Notes: a model not told the origin generated them from the sequence alone. A stretch of 64,000 bases of DNA from Candidatus Iainarchaeum sp. (GCA_023129115.1 JAGMCR010000013.1:1-64000); one strand, 5' to 3'. Positions 38,399-47,607 are shown, counted from the stretch's first letter. A program made the numbers and translations.

Positions 38399-39286
38399 CT
38401 ACACTGCTTTGGTAGCCCAGTTGATTATGTTCCTGAACAGGTCTTCCTGGTTCAGTTCAATCGGGTTGTACGCGAGGTAGACAATGCGGCCGCCCGTGGC
38501 CCCGGCGTCGTACGCGATGAATCCCGCGGTGCTCTGGCCCTTGCCGCTCCCGTCCGTCCACTCAATCCAAGCGACTTTGTTGCTTGCGTACGGCTCGTTC
38601 ACCAGCGTCACGCCACTGAAGGACGCGTAGTTTGCAATATTGATTTTGAAGGGTGCAGTTATGCCGGCGCGTGTGAGAATTTGGTGCTTGTACTGCGTCG
38701 GCACGAACTGGACATCGCTCATGTCGCTCGGCAGCACAGTCACTGCGCCGATGGTGTTGCAGTTAGTGAAGGACGGGCACGCGGGCTCGAACTTGACTAT
38801 CTTGGCCATGTCGTCCACGGCCCACCCAAACGTGTACTCGCTTATGGAGCCGTCCGTGTTCATCTGGTTCAGGCCAGCGCCACGCACAATGATTAGCGCG
38901 CCGCCCGAGTTGACGTAGTCCGTGATTTCGTTTCTTGCCTCGGTCGTCAGTGCCGTGCTGTCGCCGTAGAGAATCACGAGGTCGTAGTCATTGCTTGTTA
39001 TCGCGCCCGCACGGATGTGCTGCTGCACGTTGTTGTCAATCACCGGCGTTATCTTGGTCACGCGGCTGCTTATGTCGGTGCCAAAAGTCTTGGCGGCGTC
39101 GTAGTCACTGGGGTTTGTGATGATGAGGGTCTGGACGCTCTCGCCCGCACAGAGGAAGCTCAGGAAGGAGGGGCATATCCCCATGAACTGGGTGGCGACC
39201 ACCACCAGCACCAAGGCGACCAACACTATTGGTATGGCCATCTCGGCGAACTGCTTTTGTCCTCCTCCGCGCGGATAGAACGCCAT
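38399..39286 (-). CDS. N-terminally anchored extracellular alpha/beta (GATase1-like) protein
   Basis: One N-terminal TM; YDLVILYG..YVNSGGALII; GGRIVYLAYNP. Confidence 0.7.
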   Translation of the reverse strand: MAFYPRGGGQKQFAEMAIPIVLVALVLVVVATQFMGICPSFLSFLCAGESVQTLIITNPSDYDAAKTFGTDISSRVTKITPVIDNNVQQHIRAGAITSNDYDLVILYGDSTALTTEARNEITDYVNSGGALIIVRGAGLNQMNTDGSISEYTFGWAVDDMAKIVKFEPACPSFTNCNTIGAVTVLPSDMSDVQFVPTQYKHQILTRAGITAPFKINIANYASFSGVTLVNEPYASNKVAWIEWTDGSGKGQSTAGFIAYDAGATGGRIVYLAYNPIELNQEDLFRNIINWATKAV

Positions 39287-39298
39287 TTCTTTTTCACC

Positions 39299-40174
39299 TC
39301 ACGCACTCTGGTACCCGGTGGCCCCGATGATGTAGGCAATCGTGTTGATGACGATGCCTTCCTCGACGTTCATGTCGATGTTCTCGGTCGTCGGGTTAAA
39401 GCTCATCCACACGACGCTTCCGCCTGCCACGTCGCCCATCTCGGCAACGCCGGGGTAGACGTCCCCGGTCTGGCCGGCCTTGACCTCTGCGCCGGACGGG
39501 AATCCGCCGATGTAGAGGATGTGCGAAGCCGTCACCGGGATGTTGGCCACGTTGATGCTGCCGTTGCCCGCGGTGAGGGGTGTGGCTGTGTCAACGTTCT
39601 TGGCGAGGCCGTTGTCGAACATGCCCTGCCTGATGTACATGGTTGGCGCGTAGACCTGCTCGTAGACCCCGGAGCAGTCGCCCAGCGGGCAGCTGACGGG
39701 CATGACGCTCGAGAGCTCTGCCCACCGGCCGTTGGCCTGGGTGCCGCCCGTGCCAATCACGAGCATATTGCCTCCGCCGGCCACCCAGTTCTTGAGGATG
39801 ACCTGCATTGACGGGGTCAGGTCGGTCGCGGTAAGCATAACGACGTCGTAGCCCTGGCTGTCGAGCCAGTCCGCAGAGCTGATTTTGTTGTACTGCGCGT
39901 CCGTCATTACTTCAACGTTCAGCGGGTTACCGAACACTTGCAGTGCCAGGTTCCCAGAGAGGTGCGCCCTCCAGTCGTTGGCCTCGCTGGCAGACTCTCC
40001 GATAATCAGCACGTTGACTGCAGAGCCGCCAAAGAGGTCGCCGAGAATTGGAACCCCGCGGACGAGGCTCGGGTTGAGAGCAATTACCCCTATAATAAGT
40101 AATAGAATAATCAAGACGGGAATAGCCGCCTCGAATTGTCGCTTGAATCCCTGTTCGTAATACTGTTGTGGCAT
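39299..40174 (-). CDS. Paralog of 38399-39286, membrane-anchored alpha/beta protein
   Basis: N-terminal TM; YDVVMLT..WVAGGGNMLVIG; GGSVVWMSFNP. Confidence 0.7.
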   Translation of the reverse strand: MPQQYYEQGFKRQFEAAIPVLIILLLIIGVIALNPSLVRGVPILGDLFGGSAVNVLIIGESASEANDWRAHLSGNLALQVFGNPLNVEVMTDAQYNKISSADWLDSQGYDVVMLTATDLTPSMQVILKNWVAGGGNMLVIGTGGTQANGRWAELSSVMPVSCPLGDCSGVYEQVYAPTMYIRQGMFDNGLAKNVDTATPLTAGNGSINVANIPVTASHILYIGGFPSGAEVKAGQTGDVYPGVAEMGDVAGGSVVWMSFNPTTENIDMNVEEGIVINTIAYIIGATGYQSA

Positions 40175-40294
40175 ATGCCGCTCCTCCTGTTGAACACCAT
40201 TATTCAGCCCCGCCTTTTAAAGCTTTCGCAGCCCCGGCACAGCTGCATAATTAGTTGACATAATCCCTTTTAAGCCTTTGCATAAATTGTCCCT

Positions 40295-40402
40295 AGTGGG
40301 GGACGAACAAAACGCAGTTGGTTACTCGGCCCCTATGGCAAGCAAACTGGACTAGGGGGATGCCAATTGGCACCCCCCTTAGGCCGGCTCGAGTCCCCCA
40401 CT
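40295..40402. repeat. MITE-like unit with 10-bp terminal IRs containing a family A palindrome
   Basis: AGTGGGGGAC (40295-40304) / GTCCCCCACT (40393-40402); internal GGGGGATGCCAATTGGCACCCCC-CTTAGGCCG. Confidence 0.6.
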
Positions 40403-40440
40403 CAGTAGAGCATGAACTCAATCAAGTTCTTCACGAACAC
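40402..40440 (-). repeat. 39-bp duplicate of the 3' end of CDS 40517-42511
   Basis: Encodes the same VFVKNLIEFMLY*; 5 silent differences. Confidence 0.88.
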
Positions 40441-40516
40441 AGCTTAAACTCAGCCCAAACCTGAGCTGGCGAGGTGGACTAAGGCGGCATCAGCAGATGC
40501 CGCGAATAGGCCTGCC
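40441..40516 (-). repeat. Hairpin repeat family B copy between the duplicated gene ends
   Basis: GCGGCATC-TGCT-GATGCCGC hairpin then ACCTCGCCAGCTCAGGTTTGGGCTGAGTTTAAGCT. Confidence 0.7.
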
Positions 40517-42511
40517 TCAATACAGCATAAATTCAATCAGGTTCTTCACGAACACTTCGTCTGTCTCTGGCGGGAACGCGTAATAGACGACCACGCCCCT
40601 GCCGAAGATGTGGCTCGCGAACTTCGGGTCCTTCACCGTAATCCCCGGCCACGTGTTCGCGTTCCGGTACGCCGGCGTCACGTGCAGCTGCACCACCTCG
40701 TGCGAGTTGACGTCGTTCGTCTCCACCAGCACGAACGGGACAGGCAAGTCATTTTTCTTCAAGTCCTTCGCGCGCGTCACCCCTTGCACCAATGGGTGCT
40801 TGACGTCCGCTACCTGCATCACCGCCAGTGCCTCGCTCTCCGTCGCCGGGTCGAGCCGCACTTCCTGCGCAGCCTCAATCGCCGCTGCCGCCGAGTTCAT
40901 TCCCTCGGCAAACCCATCGCCGCACTTGAGCGACATGTCCCTGAGCCCGCGCGCAAGCGCCGCCCATTCGCTGCCCTGCGCAGTGCGGATGAAGTCCACC
41001 GCACCGTTCTCGTCCACAAGCGGCGACGAATAAGCAATCAGCGTGTTCAATTCCTCGATGTGCCCGGTCTCCGCCGAAATGGCCTCGGCCACGTTCCCGA
41101 CCTCATCCTCCTCGCACGAATTGTACTCGTTAGCGTCACTCCGCAGCTTTGCCGCAGCGGCCTCGATGTCGGAGACCCTCGACCCCAGCAGCGAAATGTG
41201 GGAGTCATAGTTCGACTTCACGACCGCGTCTTCTTCACTCGCCCTCAGCGACTCAAGCGACGACTTCGCGCCCGCGACTTTCGTGGCAATGCCCTCAATC
41301 GCGGTTATCTCCATGCTTGTGGGCACGCCATCAGGGATAACAACGGCCTCAATATCGTCGATGTACCCCTCCATCTTCGTTGCGGCAGAACTCACCGCGC
41401 TGGACGACTCGCCCCTCGCGTCCTTCTGCTGCGCCAGCGACTTCAGCGTCGTCACCACGCCGCCCAAATCAGTCTTGGCGCCGCTCTTCTCGTTCTCCAG
41501 GCCCGCGAGGCCCGCGTTAACGGCGGCAAGCGCCGCCGTGGGGCTGCACCCGCCCTCGCCGCCGAGCGCGTTGTGGCACACGACAAACCCTGCGTGCGCG
41601 CTCGCCAGGCCTTCCATGACAGTGTCAATCCCCGCGTAGTACCTGTCGAACTCTGCCACGGCATAATCGTCCGCCACGAAGCCGACGCCGAGCACGCTCT
41701 TGCCGAAGTCAATCCCGCCCTCGGTGCCCTCGGCAGTGATTTTTTCGTACTCGCCCCTTGCCCACGGGTTCGCCGTGGTCCTGAAGCCTTGCTCGTTGTC
41801 CCACCTGAAGTAAATGTCCTGGTAGCTCCCGCCCTCGCACGGGTAGCCCTTTGTGCCGCTCACGCCAAGCGTCCCGTCGAACGCGTCCGCGCAGATGCCC
41901 TCGATGTGCTCGAGCGCGCCGGCGATTAGCGCTTCCTTTTTGATTGCGAACGCCTCGCTCGCCATGGCGTCGGACGGCGTGCTTACCTCGCTTTCCTTGA
42001 CGCAGATTTCTTCTTCGTATTCCTGGATGCGCTTGCCGCCCTCGTCGCGCCACTCGGCGGTGTACTCCATGGTCCTGCACGTTTGGTCGCTCGACGAGCC
42101 GATTGTCCCGGCGTCTCCGACCCAGACCAGTCTCCCCATGTCCTCGAACAAGTAGTTGTAGAACACCTTGAGCTTTTCCGTCGGTATTTCGCGCGCGTGC
42201 TCAACGATAATCAGTGAATAGTCCTGGATATTGCCCTTGGACACTTGGTCGACGCGCAGCTTCTGCACGGGCAGCTGGTACTGCGTCTCAATCATTCGTG
42301 CGAGCGTGTCGGGCGAGCCCATTCCCTCGTCGCCCCTGATAATCAGTATGGTCGGCTTCCCGAGCACGGAATAATAAATGTCGCAGTATCCCTGGCCGAG
42401 CGACGAGCAACCCACGAGCCCGGTCTTGGTCGCGACAATAAGCAGCGCGAAGACCAGCACTCCAATAGCAATCAAGTGGGGCAGGTTCTTCTGCAGGTCT
42501 TGGGACGCCAT
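40517..42511 (-). CDS. Membrane-anchored protein, GATase1-like domain interrupted by a long helical insert
   Basis: N-terminal TM, YSLIIVE..GRLVWVGDAG, Ala/Ser-rich helical middle, GRGVVVYYAFPP. Confidence 0.7.
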   Translation of the reverse strand: MASQDLQKNLPHLIAIGVLVFALLIVATKTGLVGCSSLGQGYCDIYYSVLGKPTILIIRGDEGMGSPDTLARMIETQYQLPVQKLRVDQVSKGNIQDYSLIIVEHAREIPTEKLKVFYNYLFEDMGRLVWVGDAGTIGSSSDQTCRTMEYTAEWRDEGGKRIQEYEEEICVKESEVSTPSDAMASEAFAIKKEALIAGALEHIEGICADAFDGTLGVSGTKGYPCEGGSYQDIYFRWDNEQGFRTTANPWARGEYEKITAEGTEGGIDFGKSVLGVGFVADDYAVAEFDRYYAGIDTVMEGLASAHAGFVVCHNALGGEGGCSPTAALAAVNAGLAGLENEKSGAKTDLGGVVTTLKSLAQQKDARGESSSAVSSAATKMEGYIDDIEAVVIPDGVPTSMEITAIEGIATKVAGAKSSLESLRASEEDAVVKSNYDSHISLLGSRVSDIEAAAAKLRSDANEYNSCEEDEVGNVAEAISAETGHIEELNTLIAYSSPLVDENGAVDFIRTAQGSEWAALARGLRDMSLKCGDGFAEGMNSAAAAIEAAQEVRLDPATESEALAVMQVADVKHPLVQGVTRAKDLKKNDLPVPFVLVETNDVNSHEVVQLHVTPAYRNANTWPGITVKDPKFASHIFGRGVVVYYAFPPETDEVFVKNLIEFMLY

Positions 42512-42536
42512 AGCAAAAGATTAGGGCGGCGAGTAT

Positions 42537-42644
42537 TTATATGTTTATCACGGTGCCCAGCCAGCCAAAAAGCCCAAGCCCAATAACCACTGCCATGCCG
42601 ATAAACATTCCAGTAGCCATCAAAAGCTGCCTTCCACATCTCAT
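42537..42644 (-). CDS. Putative 35-aa single-TM peptide (not in ORF track)
   Basis: MRCGRQLLMATGMFIGMAVVIGLGLFGWLGTVINI*. Confidence 0.4.
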   Translation of the reverse strand: MRCGRQLLMATGMFIGMAVVIGLGLFGWLGTVINI

Positions 42645-42682
42645 GCCAAAAGAAACAGCGCCCCGGCTTTTAATGCTTTTCC

Positions 42683-43450
42683 TCAAAGCGTGAACTTCGT
42701 GAGGATGTGCTTTTCCTTGGCCTGGACCACTGCCTCTACCTCAATGTATTTCCCCAATCCGGACAATGCAATCCTCGGCCGCAGCAATTGGTCGAGCTGG
42801 AACACGCCCGCCGAGTTGTTCATCTTCACCAGAATCTTGACCGGCTTCTTCGTGCCCTTTTTTATACTAACATCATCAATGGCCTGCGCCGATACAGCAT
42901 GAATGTCTTTCTTCCCCATGTCAAACGGAATCCGGCTCCGCCCCTTGCTCATGTCCGTCGCGTCCGCGACGCGCACGACCCCAGCCTCGACGGTGAACGG
43001 CGCCAATTCCTTGCTGTAATGCGGCAGCGCGTGCAGTATCTCGGACTGCATCACGACCTGCTCCTCGACAGAATAGCCGCCCAGTAATTCCGGCAATAGC
43101 TGCGGCGCCAGAATGATGCTGAACAATTCGTGGTTGTGCCGGTGCACGGTCATCCCGATGTCGTGCAGCGAGGCCGCCAAAACAACAACGACTTCTGCGT
43201 CATCAACCGTCATCTTATGGTTCTTCACAATACTCGGCTTCACGCCCCCTGCGACGAGCAGGCGCAGCATCTGCAGCGCGGCGTTCGCCACAATCTGTAT
43301 GTGCACGGGCCCGTGGTCGTTGTAGCCAAGCCGGTCAATCGAGTTGACGTTCGAGCACTTCCACATCGCGGCGAGCCGCTTGCTCGCGCGGACTTTCTTG
43401 ACCACCGACCCCAGTTTTTTGTTCCCCTTCACGGGAATGTTGAACCTCAT
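42683..43450 (-). CDS. HD-domain phosphohydrolase
   Basis: NDHGPVH, LHDIG, HR..HE, VAD..DM..GRSR; ATGA coupling at 43450. Confidence 0.85.
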   Translation of the reverse strand: MRFNIPVKGNKKLGSVVKKVRASKRLAAMWKCSNVNSIDRLGYNDHGPVHIQIVANAALQMLRLLVAGGVKPSIVKNHKMTVDDAEVVVVLAASLHDIGMTVHRHNHELFSIILAPQLLPELLGGYSVEEQVVMQSEILHALPHYSKELAPFTVEAGVVRVADATDMSKGRSRIPFDMGKKDIHAVSAQAIDDVSIKKGTKKPVKILVKMNNSAGVFQLDQLLRPRIALSGLGKYIEVEAVVQAKEKHILTKFTL

Positions 43451-44730
43451 TTCTTCAGCCTCTTCATCAGCCCAAGCTTGGCACTGGGGTCGAACCCGCT
43501 CCGCAGCTTTTTCTTCTGCCACTGCTGCGCCAGCAGGACCACGGTGTGCGGCTCAATGCTCTCCCGCAGCACGATGCCCGGCCCGATGAACGAGTACTCC
43601 CCAATCTTTATCCCGGGATAAATGCTGCTGTTGATTCCGGTCTTGCAGTTCGCGCCCACGATGCACCCGAACTTGTTCGCCCCGGTGCCGACCTTCTCGC
43701 CGCCGACCTCCATGTACACCTCTTTCTCGTCGAACCGGAAGTTCGCCGTGACACACCCCGAGCCGAACATCGAGTTGTCCATCACGACAGAGTCGCCCAC
43801 GTAATTGTTGTGGAACCAAACGTTGCAGCCCACGTAGCTCCGCGCGAGCTCGGTCGAAAAGCCGACCACGCTGTTGTCGTCGACGTGGCTCTCGCGCACC
43901 AATGCGTTGTTCGCGACGACCGCGTCCCTCCCGATGTACGAGTCAACAATGACCGCGTTCTCGAACACGCTCGCGCCGTCCTCAATAACCGTGTTGCCTT
44001 TTATCACCGCGCTGGCCGCGATGCTCGCCTTCTTCGAGACGCGCGGCTCCATCTTCGACAGGAAGTGCCTGCTCACCCCGAGGATGTGGAACGGGTACTT
44101 GATTGCGCCCCAGTACCCGGTGTACGGCACAGCAACCACTTCTTTTTCGCCGCACATCTTCGTGAGCGCGACTTCGTACACGTCGTCCCTGCTGCTCGAC
44201 GCGAACTCCAGGCACTCCACCAGGCCCTCGCCGCTCTTGTACTTGTGGAACACGACGTTCACTAGGTCGCTTGGCTCGTTGCCCTCGCCCGGCTTCTCCA
44301 TTATCCCCGTTACCCTGCTTCCATCGGTCACGAGGTAGCCGCCAGGGAAATACTTGGTCACCTTCACAGCCAGAATTGCCGCGTCCCCCTTGGCCTTCTT
44401 GATGGACTCGTAGGCGCTTTCCTCGAACACGTCGTTCGCGCCGATGATTACGACTTCTCCCCTCAGGAACTTTTTCGCGGACAATACTGCGTCCGCCATT
44501 CCCCTAGGCTCTTCCTGGATTGCGTACTCTGCCCTGTCCCCCACCACTTTTTTGATGTCCTCAATATTGAGGGGCGAGCATATGAGCACTGGCTTGCCCT
44601 CGGCGTATTTTTCGGCGAGCTCGAGCTGGCGCAGCACAAGCTCCTTGCCGCAGAACCTAAGCAGGCCCTTGTCCTTGGTAATCGGCATCATTCTCTTGCC
44701 GATTCCGCCGCACAGGAATATTGCTCTCAT
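43447..44730 (-). CDS. Sugar-phosphate nucleotidyltransferase with left-handed beta-helix (GlmU-like)
   Basis: LCGGIGKRM.P....K, QEEPRGMADA, EKP, hexapeptide repeats, YVGDSV. Confidence 0.88.
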   Translation of the reverse strand: MRAIFLCGGIGKRMMPITKDKGLLRFCGKELVLRQLELAEKYAEGKPVLICSPLNIEDIKKVVGDRAEYAIQEEPRGMADAVLSAKKFLRGEVVIIGANDVFEESAYESIKKAKGDAAILAVKVTKYFPGGYLVTDGSRVTGIMEKPGEGNEPSDLVNVVFHKYKSGEGLVECLEFASSSRDDVYEVALTKMCGEKEVVAVPYTGYWGAIKYPFHILGVSRHFLSKMEPRVSKKASIAASAVIKGNTVIEDGASVFENAVIVDSYIGRDAVVANNALVRESHVDDNSVVGFSTELARSYVGCNVWFHNNYVGDSVVMDNSMFGSGCVTANFRFDEKEVYMEVGGEKVGTGANKFGCIVGANCKTGINSSIYPGIKIGEYSFIGPGIVLRESIEPHTVVLLAQQWQKKKLRSGFDPSAKLGLMKRLKK

Positions 44731-44739
44731 TCAATCACC

Positions 44740-44836
44740 TTTTCCATCGACGCTTTTCCACTGTTCAGGGGTTGAGCAGGCAAGCGAAACCCCTGTAACA
44801 GAAAAAGGGTCGCCGCACAGGAATATTGCTCTCATT
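44740..44836 (-). repeat. Repeat family C copy plus 26-bp duplicate of the gene 5' end
   Basis: CGCCGCACAGGAATATTGCTCTCATT at 44706-44731 and 44811-44836. Confidence 0.8.
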
Positions 44837-44865
44837 ATCGTCACCTTGTCATGCTTCTGGGGAGT

Positions 44866-44963
44866 GCCACGAGGACAAGCCGCAAGGGCTTGGGGGGAAA
44901 GGAATTGGGGGACGCCAGTTGGCGTCCCCCCAGATGCCGGTTGTGGCACCCCCCCATAGGCCG
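44866..44963 (+). repeat. REP-like palindrome family A, copy 3
   Basis: GCCACGAGGAC, GGGGGACGCCAGTTGGCGTCCCCC, CCCCCCATAGGCCG. Confidence 0.7.
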
Positions 44964-45071
44964 ATGCTACCGCCCCCGCGAAAGGATTGTTTCGCTATCC
45001 TGAGTCTCTCGCATTAGTTTTCCGCAAACCATTTATATATAGTTAGTGTATTTACCGCGGGTGCCTTTGCG

Positions 45072-46781
45072 ATGAACCGAACCATCATACTCGTCCTGCT
45101 CTTGCTTGCCGCCGCGTTCGCGGCAGAAATAGAGTTCGAGAAAGGCTCATGGCTGCTGGCCACGAACATTTTTGGGTCTGGGCCGGACGAAATCACGCCG
45201 GAGCTGAACTATAACGGCGACCTCAGGCTTACGCTGGACTCGACGGCCAAGAGCCGCGCGTTCTTCAAGATGATTACGGTGTTCAACACGCCCACCAACT
45301 TGTCCTACGACATCGAGTTCGAGGCGCGCGTGAACGCGCCCGGGATTGACCTGGACTACAGCAAGGACTTTGGCAGCGGCGAGCAGGAGGACAACGACGG
45401 GCCGAACCTGTTCGCCTTCGCGTACGGCTTCGAGAACGCAACGCTCGAGGACCCGCCCATCAGCATCACGTCGCTTTCCTTTTACGACCGCAAGAAGTCA
45501 CTGTGCCACTGGCACATGGAGTGCAACTGGATGGGCGACCCCGACTCTGCCTACGGCTTCTACTGCTCGAGCGAGACGACGGCGTCGGGCTGGGTCTATG
45601 ACGCCAAGACGTTCGGCACCGCAGTGAAGGTGAACGAGGTCGGCGCCGAGGCGTTCCAGGACAACGACTGGAAAATGATTCGCCTGAACATGGACGCGGG
45701 CGAGTGCGGGGGCAAGAACACGACGCTCATGATAATGGGGGTGGACCCGTTCGCGGACTACCCATACACGTGGGAGTTCAAGGACTTCCGCCTCGTGACC
45801 ACCGAAACGATTGAGATGCCGCTCGACTACATTTATGTCCTGGAGGACGGCGAGTACAGCCGGCTCCCCAAGCCCATCTACTGCGGCGACGGCGCCAAGG
45901 AAGGCACTGAAGAGTGCGACGGCGACGACGGCGTCGAGCCCGGGTGGACGTGCACGTCGAGCTGCAAGCTCGAGAGCATCTGCGGCGACAACAAGATTGT
46001 CGGCGACGAGGTGTGCGACGGCTCGGCACGCACGCCGGGCTTTTCTTGCTCTTCGGACTGCAAGACGGAGACGCCAATTTGCGGCGACAACCTGATTGTG
46101 GCGGACGAGGTGTGCGACGGGACAGAGACCCTTCCCGGGTTCGCGTGCGCGGCGGACTGCAAGAGCATGTCCGCGGTGTGCGGGGACGGCGTCGTGGTCG
46201 GGGCCGAGGAGTGCGACGGCGTGAACGGCACTGACGCGCAGCACGGGTGCACGCAGCAGTGCACGCTTTACCGGCTGCTGACCGAGGACGAGCAGGAGGC
46301 AGTCGACGCGTTCGTGTCGCTCATCGAGAGCACGGACCCCGGGCTGCCCGCGACCGCTAAGCTGAACATACCAAAGGGGCTTTACACTTCAAGGGACATC
46401 AAGGACCAGTTCATACTTGCGGGCAACCCGCTGGACGCCAATGTCTCGTTCTGTGCCGTGGGCGTGACGGCGTGCGAGGCACGGTACATCTTTGTCGAGG
46501 ACGCGATGGCGACTGCCACGCAATTCGAGCCCGTGGACGTGATGAAGGGCGTGGCCAAGGTGTACGAGACCGACGACAACGGCACCACGCACTACTACAT
46601 TGGGTTCAAGGGCGGCGTGGGGTGGATGCCGTACATCGAGATGGACACGACGATGTGGATAATCGTGGGCCTGCTCGTGTTCCTGGTGCTCGGCGCGGGC
46701 GTTGTCCTGCTGTTGATACTGGGCGGGTTCGCCTATATCTCGAAGCGGGGCGGCTTCCAGTTCCGAAGAATTTTTAAATAA
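45072..46781 (+). CDS. Secreted, C-terminally anchored protein with Cys-rich CGD repeats (DUF4215-like)
   Basis: Signal peptide, four CGD....E.CD repeats, C-terminal TM + basic tail. Confidence 0.85.
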   Translation: MNRTIILVLLLLAAAFAAEIEFEKGSWLLATNIFGSGPDEITPELNYNGDLRLTLDSTAKSRAFFKMITVFNTPTNLSYDIEFEARVNAPGIDLDYSKDFGSGEQEDNDGPNLFAFAYGFENATLEDPPISITSLSFYDRKKSLCHWHMECNWMGDPDSAYGFYCSSETTASGWVYDAKTFGTAVKVNEVGAEAFQDNDWKMIRLNMDAGECGGKNTTLMIMGVDPFADYPYTWEFKDFRLVTTETIEMPLDYIYVLEDGEYSRLPKPIYCGDGAKEGTEECDGDDGVEPGWTCTSSCKLESICGDNKIVGDEVCDGSARTPGFSCSSDCKTETPICGDNLIVADEVCDGTETLPGFACAADCKSMSAVCGDGVVVGAEECDGVNGTDAQHGCTQQCTLYRLLTEDEQEAVDAFVSLIESTDPGLPATAKLNIPKGLYTSRDIKDQFILAGNPLDANVSFCAVGVTACEARYIFVEDAMATATQFEPVDVMKGVAKVYETDDNGTTHYYIGFKGGVGWMPYIEMDTTMWIIVGLLVFLVLGAGVVLLLILGGFAYISKRGGFQFRRIFK

Positions 46782-46803
46782 AGCGTGCCATAAGTGAGGA
46801 GCG

Positions 46804-46968
46804 ATGAAGGTAAGCCAGGGACCAGCAGTGAGCGGGCCAATGAGCTCCGCCGGCCTAGTGCGCTATTTTGACACCTCGGGCGGCGGCCTCCAGATAACTC
46901 CCGAGCTCGTGCTCGGCCTCGCCATGTTCTTCCTCATCACAGAGGCACTGATTTCGTACGTTTTTTAA
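46804..46968 (+). CDS. secG: Preprotein translocase Sec61beta (SecG) subunit (not in ORF track)
   Basis: MSSAGLVRYFD....ITPELV + TM; GAGGAG RBS. Confidence 0.85.
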   Translation: MKVSQGPAVSGPMSSAGLVRYFDTSGGGLQITPELVLGLAMFFLITEALISYVF

Positions 46969-47034
46969 ACTGGCTTTTTAGGCAAAAACCTTTTAAAGCT
47001 AGCCACCGTAATTTGTAACTATACAGTGAGTACT

Positions 47035-47607
47035 ATGAAGCGAGGTGTTCTGCTCACTCTTTTGCTGCTTGCAGCGGCTTCGGCCAGCCTGTTCGCTGTC
47101 GAGCACTCGCCGGGCCTCGTGGTGGGCGAGGACCAGGGCTACGTAATCACGCTCACCGACGCCAACAACGGCACCCCGGTTGAAGCGGCTTTGGTCGAGG
47201 CATACGGCGACGAGGGCGTCATCGCCCAAGGGGCCACCGGCGCCGACGGCAGCGTGCACTTCTTCCTGCACCCCGGGTCCCCGGGCTTCATCGCGTTCCG
47301 CGCGACTGCAGACGGCTACAACGAGTACGTCGTGGTGGAAGAAGTCACTGTGCCCGACGAGCCGGCGCCAGCCTACTCCACACCCACTCCAAAGCCGAAC
47401 GTGGCCACCAACCCAATAACCGGCTTCATCACACTTAACCCCACCGAAAGCTCAATCTTTTACTTCGGGTTCGCCGCGGTAATCGCGTCCCTGTTCGGCG
47501 CGACCTACATCTTTTACCTGAACTACATCATGGAAGAAGAAACAGAGGCCGCGTGGGACGTGACGCGCGTCATCGAGTCCGCGGCCGCGTGGCTGAAGGG
47601 CGACTAA
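47035..47607 (+). CDS. Exported protein with carboxypeptidase-regulatory-like domain and C-terminal TM
   Basis: Signal peptide, G.PVEAALVE..TGADG..ADGY, TM. Confidence 0.7.
   Translation: MKRGVLLTLLLLAAASASLFAVEHSPGLVVGEDQGYVITLTDANNGTPVEAALVEAYGDEGVIAQGATGADGSVHFFLHPGSPGFIAFRATADGYNEYVVVEEVTVPDEPAPAYSTPTPKPNVATNPITGFITLNPTESSIFYFGFAAVIASLFGATYIFYLNYIMEEETEAAWDVTRVIESAAAWLKGD

Noticed and set aside
22049-40555. Diversity-generating retroelement TR/VR pairs for the duplicated gene ends
   Set aside because: Differences are synonymous and not adenine-specific, and no reverse transcriptase is in the window
44731-44949. 72-aa ORF containing MRAIFLCG
   Set aside because: By-product of the 26-bp 5'-end duplication and repeats
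44850-45010. RNase P RNA or other known ncRNA
   Set aside because: Lacks the GAGGAAAGUCC and 3' P4 consensus; better explained by repeat family A
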